From the NCBI GenBank assembly GCA_963674595.2, contig CAXXFV010000027.1, positions 192,001 to 256,000 of the forward strand: DNA of 64,000 nucleotides, read 5' to 3'. Every line of letters begins with the position of its first letter. The first letter of the stretch is position 1. Source of the DNA: a bacterium. GTDB taxonomy: Bacteria > Zhuqueibacterota > Zhuqueibacteria > Residuimicrobiales > Krinioviventaceae. The notes under the pieces were generated by a model. The model searched no databases and was not told where the DNA came from. It saw nothing but the letters and a program-made list of their open reading frames with translations. Positions 44,196 to 54,062 of the stretch are shown in pieces. The position numbers and the translations under genes are program-made.

Positions 44196-45956
44196 CTATT
44201 TTTTTGAATTTCTAACAATTATCTGTTCACCAGGTGCAAGACCACTCATGACAGCGACTTTATTACCTTCACTGGGGCCGGCAGTAATTGTTCTTTCTTC
44301 AAGAGTTTCATCAAAATGTATGACCGTAATTTTTTCCTTATTACCATCATAATAAACAGCTTCAATAGGAATTGTAACAACCCCTTCATATCGGTCATAA
44401 AGAATTGAAGCTTCAGCAAACATACCTAAACGTAAATATTGTTTTAAAGAATCAGGTACGCTGAGAATGTTAATACGAATTGGGAAATAGCGAATATTTT
44501 CATGAACAGTTGCGCTTGAAGCAATCCAGTTTACATTTCCTGTTATTGAAAAATCTTTGAATCCGGGGCCGCTAATTTGAGCTTCCTGGCCGACTTTTAA
44601 TAACTGTACGGCCTGTTCTCCAATATGAGAATTGATGATATAGGAATCTGTAGCCCCAATAGTAGCAACAAGATCACCATCATTAACCATATCCCCTTCG
44701 TTTTTGTATGTACCCCGTATACCATCTGAAGACACAGGCAACATAACAATACCGGAAACAGGAGCACGTATTAAAGTTGCTTCATAACGGGCTTCAATTT
44801 CATCCAATTCGTCCTTTGCATTGGATAGTTTCAATCGTAGAACTTCAAGTTTTTCAGTATTACCTTTATCCAGTTCACTTTCCAGGCTTTGTTTTGCATT
44901 TTCAAAATCATATTCTGCTTTTTTATAAGCTGTTACAGCCTGTTCATATTCAACCCTGGGGATAATACCTTTATCAAAAAGCTTTTTTGTTTCCGCAAGT
45001 TTTTTCTTTTCATTATTAACAGCAATTTTTGATAAAGAAAACTTGCGCTGTGCCTGCATAACCGTAAGACTGGAATCCCACTTTTTCAGGTTGTTATATT
45101 CTTCCAATAATTCGATATAACGAATTCGTGCTGAACGCACATTTTTAGCCAACTCTTTAGTATCCATTTGGTATAAAATCTGGTCCATTTGCACATAGTC
45201 GCCTTCATTAAAGTTTCGGGCAACAACTTTACCGCTTGTTTGTGCAGCAATGGTTACTTTATTATGAGGTTCCAAAATTCCGGAAACAACAATGTATTTA
45301 TCCATCGTATCCAGGGTTGCGGTTACAATACGATCCTCTCCCTGTTTAACGGTATCGGTTGGAGTTGGGCTTGTAGAACTTTTTATAGTACTTTGAAGAT
45401 TAAAAATAGCATAAGTAAAAATAATAAAGATTACGGCAATAATTGCCAGTTTCACATAATCAAATCGTTTAAAGATGGTTTGAAATTCTGAATTCTTTTT
45501 TTGCAGGCGGTTATATTCTTTGCTTAGGTTCTGATATTCCTGTGAACTGATGACACTGGCACTTTGCTCATCATTAGCTACCGTACCCACATTTTTAATA
45601 AAAAGAAGTAAAGAATTTTTCATTCCAACACGACCAAAGGCATCCTGCTCGCTGATTCGCGAAGTTGAAATTAAAACATTTTTTTCACTTTGATTTGCCG
45701 CGCTGAAACGCATTTCCTGAAGATGATATTCCACACCCTTTCTTAATCCGTCATTGATAATACGGGTAATACCGGGATTTTGTGTTTGCTGCGTAAAAAA
45801 CAAAGAATAGGAACTTCCGATTAGTTCTTCTTCTGAAACATCAATCAAATCCAGAGCAGCGGTATTGGCGGTTAAAATTGTTCCATTTGTTCCAATTATA
45901 ATTAATGCATCATCAGTATGCTCAATAATATTATCTACTAATTTTGCTTTTTTCAT
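44196..45956 (-). CDS. PAS-domain / MacA-like periplasmic adaptor fusion protein
   Basis: N-terminal PAS (IIEHTDDALIII...ANTAALDL...EELIG...LLFIKNV), coiled coil, TM helix, then MFP motifs SGKVV...EGDYV, IRAPVSGIV, LRLGM and SGLAPGEQII. Confidence 0.85.
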   Translation of the reverse strand: MKKAKLVDNIIEHTDDALIIIGTNGTILTANTAALDLIDVSEEELIGSSYSLFFTQQTQNPGITRIINDGLRKGVEYHLQEMRFSAANQSEKNVLISTSRISEQDAFGRVGMKNSLLLFIKNVGTVANDEQSASVISSQEYQNLSKEYNRLQKKNSEFQTIFKRFDYVKLAIIAVIFIIFTYAIFNLQSTIKSSTSPTPTDTVKQGEDRIVTATLDTMDKYIVVSGILEPHNKVTIAAQTSGKVVARNFNEGDYVQMDQILYQMDTKELAKNVRSARIRYIELLEEYNNLKKWDSSLTVMQAQRKFSLSKIAVNNEKKKLAETKKLFDKGIIPRVEYEQAVTAYKKAEYDFENAKQSLESELDKGNTEKLEVLRLKLSNAKDELDEIEARYEATLIRAPVSGIVMLPVSSDGIRGTYKNEGDMVNDGDLVATIGATDSYIINSHIGEQAVQLLKVGQEAQISGPGFKDFSITGNVNWIASSATVHENIRYFPIRINILSVPDSLKQYLRLGMFAEASILYDRYEGVVTIPIEAVYYDGNKEKITVIHFDETLEERTITAGPSEGNKVAVMSGLAPGEQIIVRNSKK

Positions 45957-46119
45957 TTAAAACTCCACGTTCATTTTGGAATTATAAAAATTCCAATCAT
46001 CAAATTTCGCAATAAAACTAGTTTATTTGAAACCCCCAATTATAACAAATATGAAATTCATTCAAATAAAGATTAAATTCGATCTGATAATTTTTGCAAG
46101 TTACAAGCAGTTTGGTCGC

Positions 46120-46704
46120 TTAAATTGCAGGCAGGTCATCAAGTTTGGACTGTAATTGGTTCAAAGTTTTGTTTACAGCAGTGTTCATTGCATCTAAAAA
46201 GGGTTTCATTCCCTCTCCTGCAACCGGTTGTTCAATATAAATATTTTCAGTCCAAAATTTCTCATTATTTTGAGCATTAAATAATTTAAAATCAACACCT
46301 ACACAACCATACTTTTTTTCAGCATTATAGACATAATCAAAATGTGTAACTGTAGCTTCAAGGCGATAGTGTAATGGTGTTCTCGGCAGCTCTAAAGTAA
46401 CTTGATTAAAATAACCTGTAGAACTTAAATATTCGCAGGTTAAAAAAGTCATTAATTCAGATGGAGGATAAATCCATCTTCGATAGTAATCAAATTGAAT
46501 TTCATATTCAGAAATTTTATGAATCAGTTTATCTTGTTCATAAATCGGTGCGGCATCAAATCGGGAAATATATAAAATCGCATCATTGGTTGTTTTAGGA
46601 TTTTGATTTGCAACGTTTTTTGAGTTTAATGTAAAATATTGGGTTTCAGGAATTTGGCCACACGCTAACAAAATCAATATAATAAATAATAAAGATTTTT
46701 TCAT
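46120..46704 (-). CDS. PqiC-like ABC transport auxiliary lipoprotein
   Basis: Lipobox LLAC, 'YYRRW..PP.EL'; directly after MlaD. Confidence 0.75.
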   Translation of the reverse strand: MKKSLLFIILILLACGQIPETQYFTLNSKNVANQNPKTTNDAILYISRFDAAPIYEQDKLIHKISEYEIQFDYYRRWIYPPSELMTFLTCEYLSSTGYFNQVTLELPRTPLHYRLEATVTHFDYVYNAEKKYGCVGVDFKLFNAQNNEKFWTENIYIEQPVAGEGMKPFLDAMNTAVNKTLNQLQSKLDDLPAI

Positions 46705-46736
46705 AATTTTTTTTCTCGCGTTACAATTTTATACAA

Positions 46737-47633
46737 TTACTTGATTTCTCTTTTTGGTGGTGCAGATTTTCGAACAAGGGTCCATGGTTTATCTTTAATA
46801 GTTTGAGAAAAATCTTCCAAATTTCTGGATAATGTAATCAAATTATCCATAACCTCGATATAAGCAGGTTCATTACTACTTATACTATGATCAACGGTTT
46901 GAACCAATTTTTCTACATTTTTTACAGTGCTATTGCTTTGATCAATGAGTTGATGCAAATTATTCATACTTTGGGTAATAGAACTGTCATTTTGGGCCAT
47001 AAGATTATTGAACGAAACAACGCTTGTACGGAGTTCTATTGATAACTGATTCAAATTTTTTGATAAAACCTGCATATTGGTTGTGCTTATTTTTAACATT
47101 TCGTCCATCGATTTTATCATGGAAGAAATATTCCTCCGATTTTCCTCATTCAGCAAATCATTTGTGCTGCCGAGCAACTCTGTGAGTTTATCAGTCGCAT
47201 TCGCTGCCGGTCCGGACATTTGCGCGAAACTGGTTACATCCAGCGAAGTTATCAAACTTCCTGCCGGCAAACGCGGAGAATCCGGTGATCCTGCGGTGAT
47301 TTCAATATAAAAAGCTCCCATTATGCCTATGGTTGTTAAAAATGCCTGACTGTTTTTTCTAATGGGGGTGTTCTTTTTAATTTCAATCACAACTTCAACT
47401 CTTGGGTCCCCGTCTTCGGGTAACCTTAATTCAACCACCTTGCCCACAGCCAACCCGGAATATCGTACCATGGAGCCTTCTTCAATTCCACCGACATATT
47501 TAAACCGGGTTTGAAATTTTTCTTTATCCGTCCAGGAATTTGCACCGACTATTATGAATAAAAAACCAAAAAATACTAAAAGGGTGATTGAAATAAAAAT
47601 TCCGGTTTTTACTTCACTTTTTTTATAATGCAT
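46737..47633 (-). CDS. mlaD: MCE/MlaD family protein with long helical extension
   Basis: EVKTGIF TM segment, GGIEEGSMVRYSGLAVGKV, GIMGAFYIEITAG and a 'KPWTLV' end. Confidence 0.88.
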   Translation of the reverse strand: MHYKKSEVKTGIFISITLLVFFGFLFIIVGANSWTDKEKFQTRFKYVGGIEEGSMVRYSGLAVGKVVELRLPEDGDPRVEVVIEIKKNTPIRKNSQAFLTTIGIMGAFYIEITAGSPDSPRLPAGSLITSLDVTSFAQMSGPAANATDKLTELLGSTNDLLNEENRRNISSMIKSMDEMLKISTTNMQVLSKNLNQLSIELRTSVVSFNNLMAQNDSSITQSMNNLHQLIDQSNSTVKNVEKLVQTVDHSISSNEPAYIEVMDNLITLSRNLEDFSQTIKDKPWTLVRKSAPPKREIK

Positions 47634-47641
47634 AAAATCCT

Positions 47642-48445
47642 TTAATCGTTATTTATACTTTCTCCAACCAGTGAATTAAAATATTTGTCCCTGTCAATTT
47701 CATCATCGTCGGGCTGTCTGTTTAAAAACTGTAAAACTCTTGGATCGGTACTTTTTTGCATTTCTTCCTTTGTACCGATAAACACAAACTCACCTTCATT
47801 TAACAACGCAATTCGGTCGGCAATTAAAAAAACAGAAGCCAGTTCGTGCGTAACTACGACAATTGTCATTTTAAATGCTTTTTTAAGTTTTAATATTAAA
47901 TGATCGATTCCCACCGCGACAATAGGGTCCAAACCTGCCGACGGTTCATCACAAAAAAGAATATCCGGATCCATTGCCAAAGCCCGGGCCAGGGCAGCAC
48001 GTTTTTTCATTCCACCGGATAGCTGCGATGGCATAAAATCTTCAAAGCCGGAAAGGCCGACAAGCCCCAGTTTCATCCTGGTCATAATATTTATCGTAGA
48101 AGGCGGTTGCGGAGTATGTTCAACAAGAGGCAACGCAACATTATCACCAACAGTCATGGAATTAAATAAAGCGGCGCTCTGAAAAAGCATACCCATTTTT
48201 TTTAAAATTCCCTCTTTTTCAGAATCTTTAGCAGAAGCAATGTTCACTCCCTTTATAAATATATCACCCCGTGTCTGCTTTTCCAAACCAACCAGATGTC
48301 TTAACAGCGTACTCTTTCCGCAACCGGAACGTCCCAGAATGACAAGGGTTTCATGCTGATAAACGTCCAGATCAATACCTTTCAGCACTTTAAAAGTGCC
48401 GTAGCTGGTGTGCAGATTACGAATTTTTATTATAGGCTCTTGCAT
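47642..48445 (-). CDS. mlaF: MlaF-like ABC ATPase
   Basis: GRSGCGKS, FQSAALFNSMTV, LSGGMKKRAALARA and DEPSAGLDP. Start placed at ATG 48445. Confidence 0.9.
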   Translation of the reverse strand: MQEPIIKIRNLHTSYGTFKVLKGIDLDVYQHETLVILGRSGCGKSTLLRHLVGLEKQTRGDIFIKGVNIASAKDSEKEGILKKMGMLFQSAALFNSMTVGDNVALPLVEHTPQPPSTINIMTRMKLGLVGLSGFEDFMPSQLSGGMKKRAALARALAMDPDILFCDEPSAGLDPIVAVGIDHLILKLKKAFKMTIVVVTHELASVFLIADRIALLNEGEFVFIGTKEEMQKSTDPRVLQFLNRQPDDDEIDRDKYFNSLVGESINND

Positions 48446-48446
48446 A

Positions 48447-49250
48447 TTAAAACGTTGAATAGAATAGAGTTGTAAAAACAAGGTCTGCTAAAATAATCAT
48501 AAAAATAGAAACAACAACAGAAGCTGTGGTTGATTTACCAACACCTTCTGCCCCGCCTTCCACATTAAAGCCCTGGTATGCACCAATTTGAGCAATAATT
48601 ACAGCAAAGAAAACACTTTTTACTAGTCCGGTTAAAAAATCTTTAAGTAAAATAGCTTGCGCTGTTTCATTAAAATAAGCGATAAAAGGAATTTTAAGAT
48701 TTGTGACAGCTAAAACAAAACCGCCGGCAATACCTACAAAATCAGCCAGAACCGTTAAACAGGGTAAAACAAGAAGCATTGCCAAAGTGCGTGGAACAAT
48801 TAAAAAATTAACAGGATTAAGAGCCATGGTTTCAAGTGCATCGATCTCTTCTGCAACTTTCATAGTCCCAATTTCAGCAGCAATAGCAGAACCGCTGCGT
48901 CCGGCAATGATAATGGCCGTAATAAGGGGTCCCAGTTCACGGGTTACCGCAACACCCACCAAATCAGCCACAAAGATGGTTGCGCCAAACCGTGCCAACT
49001 GATAAGCACTTTGCATGGCAATGATAAGACCGACGCAAAATGAAATAATACAAACAATTGGAATAGAGTGCACCCCTATTCTTTCCATTTGAACAAATGT
49101 CAAATGCCAGCGAATTTTATATCCTTTAAACGGACCAATAAATATCCAATAAAGTGCTTTCACACTCAACTGTGAAATCCTGGTCAGATGGACCATAAAT
49201 TCCATCATATTACGCCCAAGCGGACCTACCGTATTTTGCCAGGATACCAT
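48447..49250 (-). CDS. mlaE: MlaE family ABC permease
   Basis: RELGPLITAIIIAGRSGSAIAAEIGTMKVAEEIDAL and GGAEGVGKSTT. Confidence 0.93.
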   Translation of the reverse strand: MVSWQNTVGPLGRNMMEFMVHLTRISQLSVKALYWIFIGPFKGYKIRWHLTFVQMERIGVHSIPIVCIISFCVGLIIAMQSAYQLARFGATIFVADLVGVAVTRELGPLITAIIIAGRSGSAIAAEIGTMKVAEEIDALETMALNPVNFLIVPRTLAMLLVLPCLTVLADFVGIAGGFVLAVTNLKIPFIAYFNETAQAILLKDFLTGLVKSVFFAVIIAQIGAYQGFNVEGGAEGVGKSTTASVVVSIFMIILADLVFTTLFYSTF

Positions 49251-49255
49251 TAATA

Positions 49256-49591
49256 CTAGTTCTCCATTGCCGATTCAACATCCGGAAAAATATTAAAGAT
49301 TTTATCCAGTTTTGTTAATTCAAAGACTTCACGGACATTATCATTTAATCCGGCCAACACAAACCGTCCCTTATTTTTATTACATACCTGCAAACCCTCT
49401 ATAAGCGTGGCAACACCGGAACTATCCATATATCGCACATCCTGTAAATTTACAAGAATATTTGGTGATTTCCCATTCACAACAGATAATATCGTTTTCC
49501 TCAGTTCAGGAGAAGAATAGAGATCAACTTCACCTTTAATGTGCAAAAGCTGGATGTTGTCGCGACTTTCAGTTTGTATTTCTAAATTCAA
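49256..49591 (-). CDS. STAS-domain anti-sigma antagonist (RsbV/SpoIIAA-like), possibly the MlaB equivalent
   Basis: GEVDLYSSPELR and YMDSSG with the phospho-acceptor Ser. Confidence 0.9.
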   Translation of the reverse strand: MNLEIQTESRDNIQLLHIKGEVDLYSSPELRKTILSVVNGKSPNILVNLQDVRYMDSSGVATLIEGLQVCNKNKGRFVLAGLNDNVREVFELTKLDKIFNIFPDVESAMEN

Positions 49592-50010
49592 TTCGTTTCC
49601 CTCACAGGCATTTCTTTTATCATAACCAGTTTATTTCCCGTATCACAGTGATAGGAATAGGTTACTTTATCCATTACATTTTTAATTAAATATACACCCA
49701 GACCACCCGGGCGTAAATCATCCAAACTACGGGGCTTAATATCCGATTCGTTTACGGGTTTTCCATTATCATAAATAATGATTTGTATATTTTCATCCGT
49801 TGAGCTGCATACAACCTGAATAGGCTGGCCGGTTTGACCATCATAGGCATGTTTAATAACATTTGCACATGCCTCATCTACTGCCAAGACTATTTTACTC
49901 GTCAGCAGATTTGAAAAACCGGACAAGCGGCAAAATTGAGCAATTGCAGCCCGAAGAATACTAAGCAACTCGGGGTCACTTTTAATATTTAATTCTATAC
50001 TTTTTTCCAT
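49588..50010 (-). CDS. RsbW/SpoIIAB-like Ser/Thr kinase (HATPase_c)
   Basis: LAVDEACANVIKHAY, DNG and GGLGVYLI. Confidence 0.9.
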   Translation of the reverse strand: MEKSIELNIKSDPELLSILRAAIAQFCRLSGFSNLLTSKIVLAVDEACANVIKHAYDGQTGQPIQVVCSSTDENIQIIIYDNGKPVNESDIKPRSLDDLRPGGLGVYLIKNVMDKVTYSYHCDTGNKLVMIKEMPVRETN

Positions 50011-50017
50011 GAATTTT

Positions 50018-51364
50018 CTACTTGTTTCCGTTCATTTGTATCTCAGGATTGGAATTGTTCCCGGTCCAATGAAATACTAAAAAGGTCATATCATCGTGTT
50101 GAGGAACATTATTTGCAAAACGTGTTACCTCTTTAAATATACTGTCAAGCATCTGTTTTGCGTGTTTCCAATTTCGATTTGATACAGATAATAAACGATT
50201 TAGCGAAAATTGACTATTATTTTTATTTTTTGCCTCTATAACACCATCCGTATAGAAAAAAACAAAATCACCGGCATTTAATTTTATACGAACGGTTTCA
50301 AAATTAATATATTTGGAAATGCCTAACGGAGCACCTTCCTCAACATAAACAAAGTCGTGCATTTCATTACAGTCGGAATGATGAATTATCGGTAAATGAC
50401 CGCCATTACAAAGAGATAGTTCACCATTATTCAAGTCTATTACAGCATATTGTAATGTCACAAACATGCCGTTACGGCTTCTATCAACCAATATTTTATT
50501 TAATGTTGAAACAACCTCTTCCGGTTCTATCGCATTACTGACGAGAAAACGAAAATCGCTCATTAAACGTGCCATATATAAAGCAGCCGGCACACCTTTA
50601 CCGGAAACATCGCCTATCAACAAGGCGAGTTTATTATCATCCAACAAGAGTGCATCAAAAAAATCGCCGCCAACAGATATGGCAGGGAGGTTTTTGGCGG
50701 CCAGGTTAAAACGGACAAGCGAGTCTCCGGGTAAATCATCGGGCATAAAACTCTGCTGAATGACCTTGGCGTTTTCCAATTGCTGGTGCCAACGTTCCTG
50801 TTCAATAGCCATTTTATGCATTCTGGCATTGTCTATAGCCAAACTTACCTGACTGCAAAAAGTTATAAACAGGTCAAGATCGTCCTGTGAAAAATTTTTA
50901 CCGTCAGTACGGTTTATAACTTCAGCAACACCAATAATACGTCTATTTACAGCAAGAGGAACAGCTAAAATAGATTTTGTTTGAAAGCCGGACTTTTCAT
51001 CAATTTTATTATAAAAACGTGTATCTGTCGTAACATCTTTAACTATAAGCGGTTTTTGCTGCTCCCACACCCAGCCGGCAACCCCCTGCCCCTTTTCGAG
51101 CTGGATCGTTTTACGGACCTGGTCACCAACCTGGCCCAGAGCGACTTCACATTCCAGCTTTTCACTTTTTTCATTGATCAACAGCACAGAACTGGCTTCC
51201 GCATGCATAACTGTTTGTGCTTTTTCCATAACCAAGTTAATAAGCACATCCAGATCAAATGTAGAGTTTATAATTGAGCTGACCTCGATAAGGCTGGAAA
51301 GATCATTGACCCGCACCTTATACCGTTCAAGCTCATTTTCTAATTTTTTTTGTGAATCGTTCAT
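50018..51364 (-). CDS. GAF-domain PP2C/SpoIIE phosphatase (RsbU-like)
   Basis: GAF domain (GQGVAGWV...SILAVPL...AIDNAR) plus VGGDFFD, GDVSGKGVPAA, YTDGVIEA and HDDMT. Start placed at ATG 51364. Confidence 0.92.
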   Translation of the reverse strand: MNDSQKKLENELERYKVRVNDLSSLIEVSSIINSTFDLDVLINLVMEKAQTVMHAEASSVLLINEKSEKLECEVALGQVGDQVRKTIQLEKGQGVAGWVWEQQKPLIVKDVTTDTRFYNKIDEKSGFQTKSILAVPLAVNRRIIGVAEVINRTDGKNFSQDDLDLFITFCSQVSLAIDNARMHKMAIEQERWHQQLENAKVIQQSFMPDDLPGDSLVRFNLAAKNLPAISVGGDFFDALLLDDNKLALLIGDVSGKGVPAALYMARLMSDFRFLVSNAIEPEEVVSTLNKILVDRSRNGMFVTLQYAVIDLNNGELSLCNGGHLPIIHHSDCNEMHDFVYVEEGAPLGISKYINFETVRIKLNAGDFVFFYTDGVIEAKNKNNSQFSLNRLLSVSNRNWKHAKQMLDSIFKEVTRFANNVPQHDDMTFLVFHWTGNNSNPEIQMNGNK

Positions 51365-51368
51365 AGTT

Positions 51369-54062
51369 TTAATGAGCATCCAACCAGTTTTCACCATTTC
51401 CGATATCAACTTTAATCGGTACATCTAATTGAATTGCGTTTTCCATTTCGTGGACCACAAGTTTTTCCATTTGTTCTTTTTCAGTCAGGGGTATTTCAAA
51501 AACAAGTTCATCATGGACCTGCATGATCATTTTAGATTCCAGTTTTTCTGATACAATCCTATTTTGAATATTTATCATGGCAATTTTTATCAGATCTGCC
51601 GCACTTCCCTGAATAGGTGTATTGATCGCGGTTCGTTCCGCAAAATCCCGCACTCTTCTGTTATCACTGTTTATTTCAGGAAGATAACGACGCCGGTTCA
51701 AAAGTGTTGTTACAAAACCTTTTGCACGCGCCTGTTTTACAATCTCGTTCATAAAATTCTGAACACCCGGATAATTGGCAAAATAAGCCTGAATAAATTC
51801 GTCCGCTTCAGATGGGGAAATATCCAGCCTTTGTGCCAGTCCATAAGCGCCCATGCCATACATAATTCCAAAATTGACCTCTTTCGCTTTTCTTCGCTGG
51901 TCAGAGGTAATATCCTTTGGATCGACCTCAAAAACCAAAGAGGCTGTTTGTGTATGGATGTCCTGATCTTTTAAAAACGCATCGTTCAGATTTTTATCTT
52001 TTGACAAATGGGCCATGATACGTAATTCTATTTGCGAATAATCCGCATCTAAAAGTATGTGGCCTTTTTTAGCGGGGATAAATGCTTTTCGTATGCGTCT
52101 GCCTATTTCAGTCCGAATGGGAATATTTTGTAAATTCGGATCACTGGAAGAGAGCCGACCTGTAGCAGCAACAGTCTGGTTATATGATGTATGGACTCTG
52201 CCTGTTGCTTTTGAAATAAGCTGCGGCAAGGCATCCACATAAGTGGATTTGAGCTTGGCTAACTGCCGATATTCCAAAATTTGTTTCGGCAATTCATGCT
52301 CTTTAGCCAGTTCTTCCAAAACAGAAACATCCGTAGAATAACCTGTTTTGGTTTTTCGAATTACAGGTAGTTTTAGTTTTTCAAAAAGGATTGTACCGAG
52401 TTGCTTGGGGGAATTAATGTTAAACTTTTGATCGGCAAGAGCATATATTTTTTGTTCCAGTTGTTTTAAACTATGGTCCAGTTCAATAGACATATTCGCC
52501 AAATACATTTCATCCAGGGAAACACCATTTTTCTCCATCTCTACAAGTACATCAACAAGCGGCATTTCAACGTTGTTAAACAAGTCCAATAAATTAAAAG
52601 TCGGCAATTTTTGCATAAACAGATTTTTCAAACGCCAAGTCATATCAGCGTCTTCGCAGGCATAATATGTTATTTTATCAACCGGTACCTGATCCATTGT
52701 AATCTGTTTTTTCCCGGAACCAATCAGTTCGGTTGTCGGGACTTTGGTGATATTAAAATAGGATAGACTCAACGCATCCAGGTTATGCTGTCTGCCTGAA
52801 GGATTGACCAGATAACTGGCTACCATGGTATCACAAGCCAAACCCTTGATTTGAATACCATATTTTATCAATACCAAAATATCATATTTGGCATTATGCG
52901 CACATTTTTTAACATCAGGATCGGCAAAAATATCTCGCAGCGAATTTAAAACCAGTGCTTCATCAAGCGGTTTAATATCATCGACGGTTGTTTGCGGCGT
53001 TAATAAAGGAAGATAATAAGCAACTCCCTCCTGCCAGGAAAATGAAAAACCGACCAGTTTTGCCAGCAAAGGGTCCAGACTTGTTGTTTCAGTATCAAAA
53101 GCAAACTCTGTTTGCTCTTTCAGTTCTTTTATGAATGATTCAAATTGTTCTTTTGTTTGAACCAGGTTATACTTAGCCTCAACGGTCTCTTTTTCAGGAG
53201 CAAAACGATTTGTTAATGTACGAAATTCCATTTCCTGAAAAAATTCAAAAGCATCGGTATAATTCGGTTCCCCTACAACAAGTTCATCAGGTTTTTGCTC
53301 GACAGGCACATTACAATCAATGGTGACCAATTGTTTTGCCAATATTGCCATCTTTTCATTATCCTGTAAACTTGTTCTGGCGCGTTTATTCTTAATATTT
53401 TCAATGTTTGCTAAAACATTGTCAAGATTTTTATATTCAGTCAGCAAGGTTAAAGCGGTTTTGGGCCCGATGCCGGGTACACCCGGTATGTTATCCGAAG
53501 AATCGCCCATTAATGCCAGATAATCGATAATTTGTTCAGGCGCCAGGCCGATCTTTTTGATAACATTTTCCCTATCCAACCACTCGGGCTCTTCACCCGA
53601 CCTTTTTGGATTGTACATAATAACAGACTCATTGACAAGCTGCATAAAATCTTTATCACCGGTTACCAGAATGCTTTGAATATCCAAATCTTTGGCCTTA
53701 TGAGCAAAAGTACCGATTATATCATCAGCTTCATAACCGGGTTTACTAACAGTGGGTATATTTAATATTTTAAGCATTTGATGGATTCTGGGCAGCTGAT
53801 CAATCATGTCCTGCGGCATGTCCGCCCTTTGGGCTTTGTATTCAGGATATAATTCATGGCGAAATGTCGGTTCACGTGTATCAAATACTACAGCCAAATA
53901 GTCCGGAGATTCCGTATCCAGAATTTTTAACAAAATATTGGTAAAACCAAAAACAGCACTAACATTTTCACCTTTTGAATTAGTCAGCGGATTTCGGGCA
54001 AAAGCAAAATAGGTTCGATAGGCCAACGCCATACCATCAATTAAAAATAAACGTTTCGGCAT
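51369..54062 (-). CDS. polA: DNA polymerase I
   Basis: LFLIDG, GYEADD, FDTETT (3'-5' exonuclease), ADYSQIELR, NFGIMYG and QVHDEL. Start placed at ATG 54062. Confidence 0.98.
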   Translation of the reverse strand: MPKRLFLIDGMALAYRTYFAFARNPLTNSKGENVSAVFGFTNILLKILDTESPDYLAVVFDTREPTFRHELYPEYKAQRADMPQDMIDQLPRIHQMLKILNIPTVSKPGYEADDIIGTFAHKAKDLDIQSILVTGDKDFMQLVNESVIMYNPKRSGEEPEWLDRENVIKKIGLAPEQIIDYLALMGDSSDNIPGVPGIGPKTALTLLTEYKNLDNVLANIENIKNKRARTSLQDNEKMAILAKQLVTIDCNVPVEQKPDELVVGEPNYTDAFEFFQEMEFRTLTNRFAPEKETVEAKYNLVQTKEQFESFIKELKEQTEFAFDTETTSLDPLLAKLVGFSFSWQEGVAYYLPLLTPQTTVDDIKPLDEALVLNSLRDIFADPDVKKCAHNAKYDILVLIKYGIQIKGLACDTMVASYLVNPSGRQHNLDALSLSYFNITKVPTTELIGSGKKQITMDQVPVDKITYYACEDADMTWRLKNLFMQKLPTFNLLDLFNNVEMPLVDVLVEMEKNGVSLDEMYLANMSIELDHSLKQLEQKIYALADQKFNINSPKQLGTILFEKLKLPVIRKTKTGYSTDVSVLEELAKEHELPKQILEYRQLAKLKSTYVDALPQLISKATGRVHTSYNQTVAATGRLSSSDPNLQNIPIRTEIGRRIRKAFIPAKKGHILLDADYSQIELRIMAHLSKDKNLNDAFLKDQDIHTQTASLVFEVDPKDITSDQRRKAKEVNFGIMYGMGAYGLAQRLDISPSEADEFIQAYFANYPGVQNFMNEIVKQARAKGFVTTLLNRRRYLPEINSDNRRVRDFAERTAINTPIQGSAADLIKIAMINIQNRIVSEKLESKMIMQVHDELVFEIPLTEKEQMEKLVVHEMENAIQLDVPIKVDIGNGENWLDAH

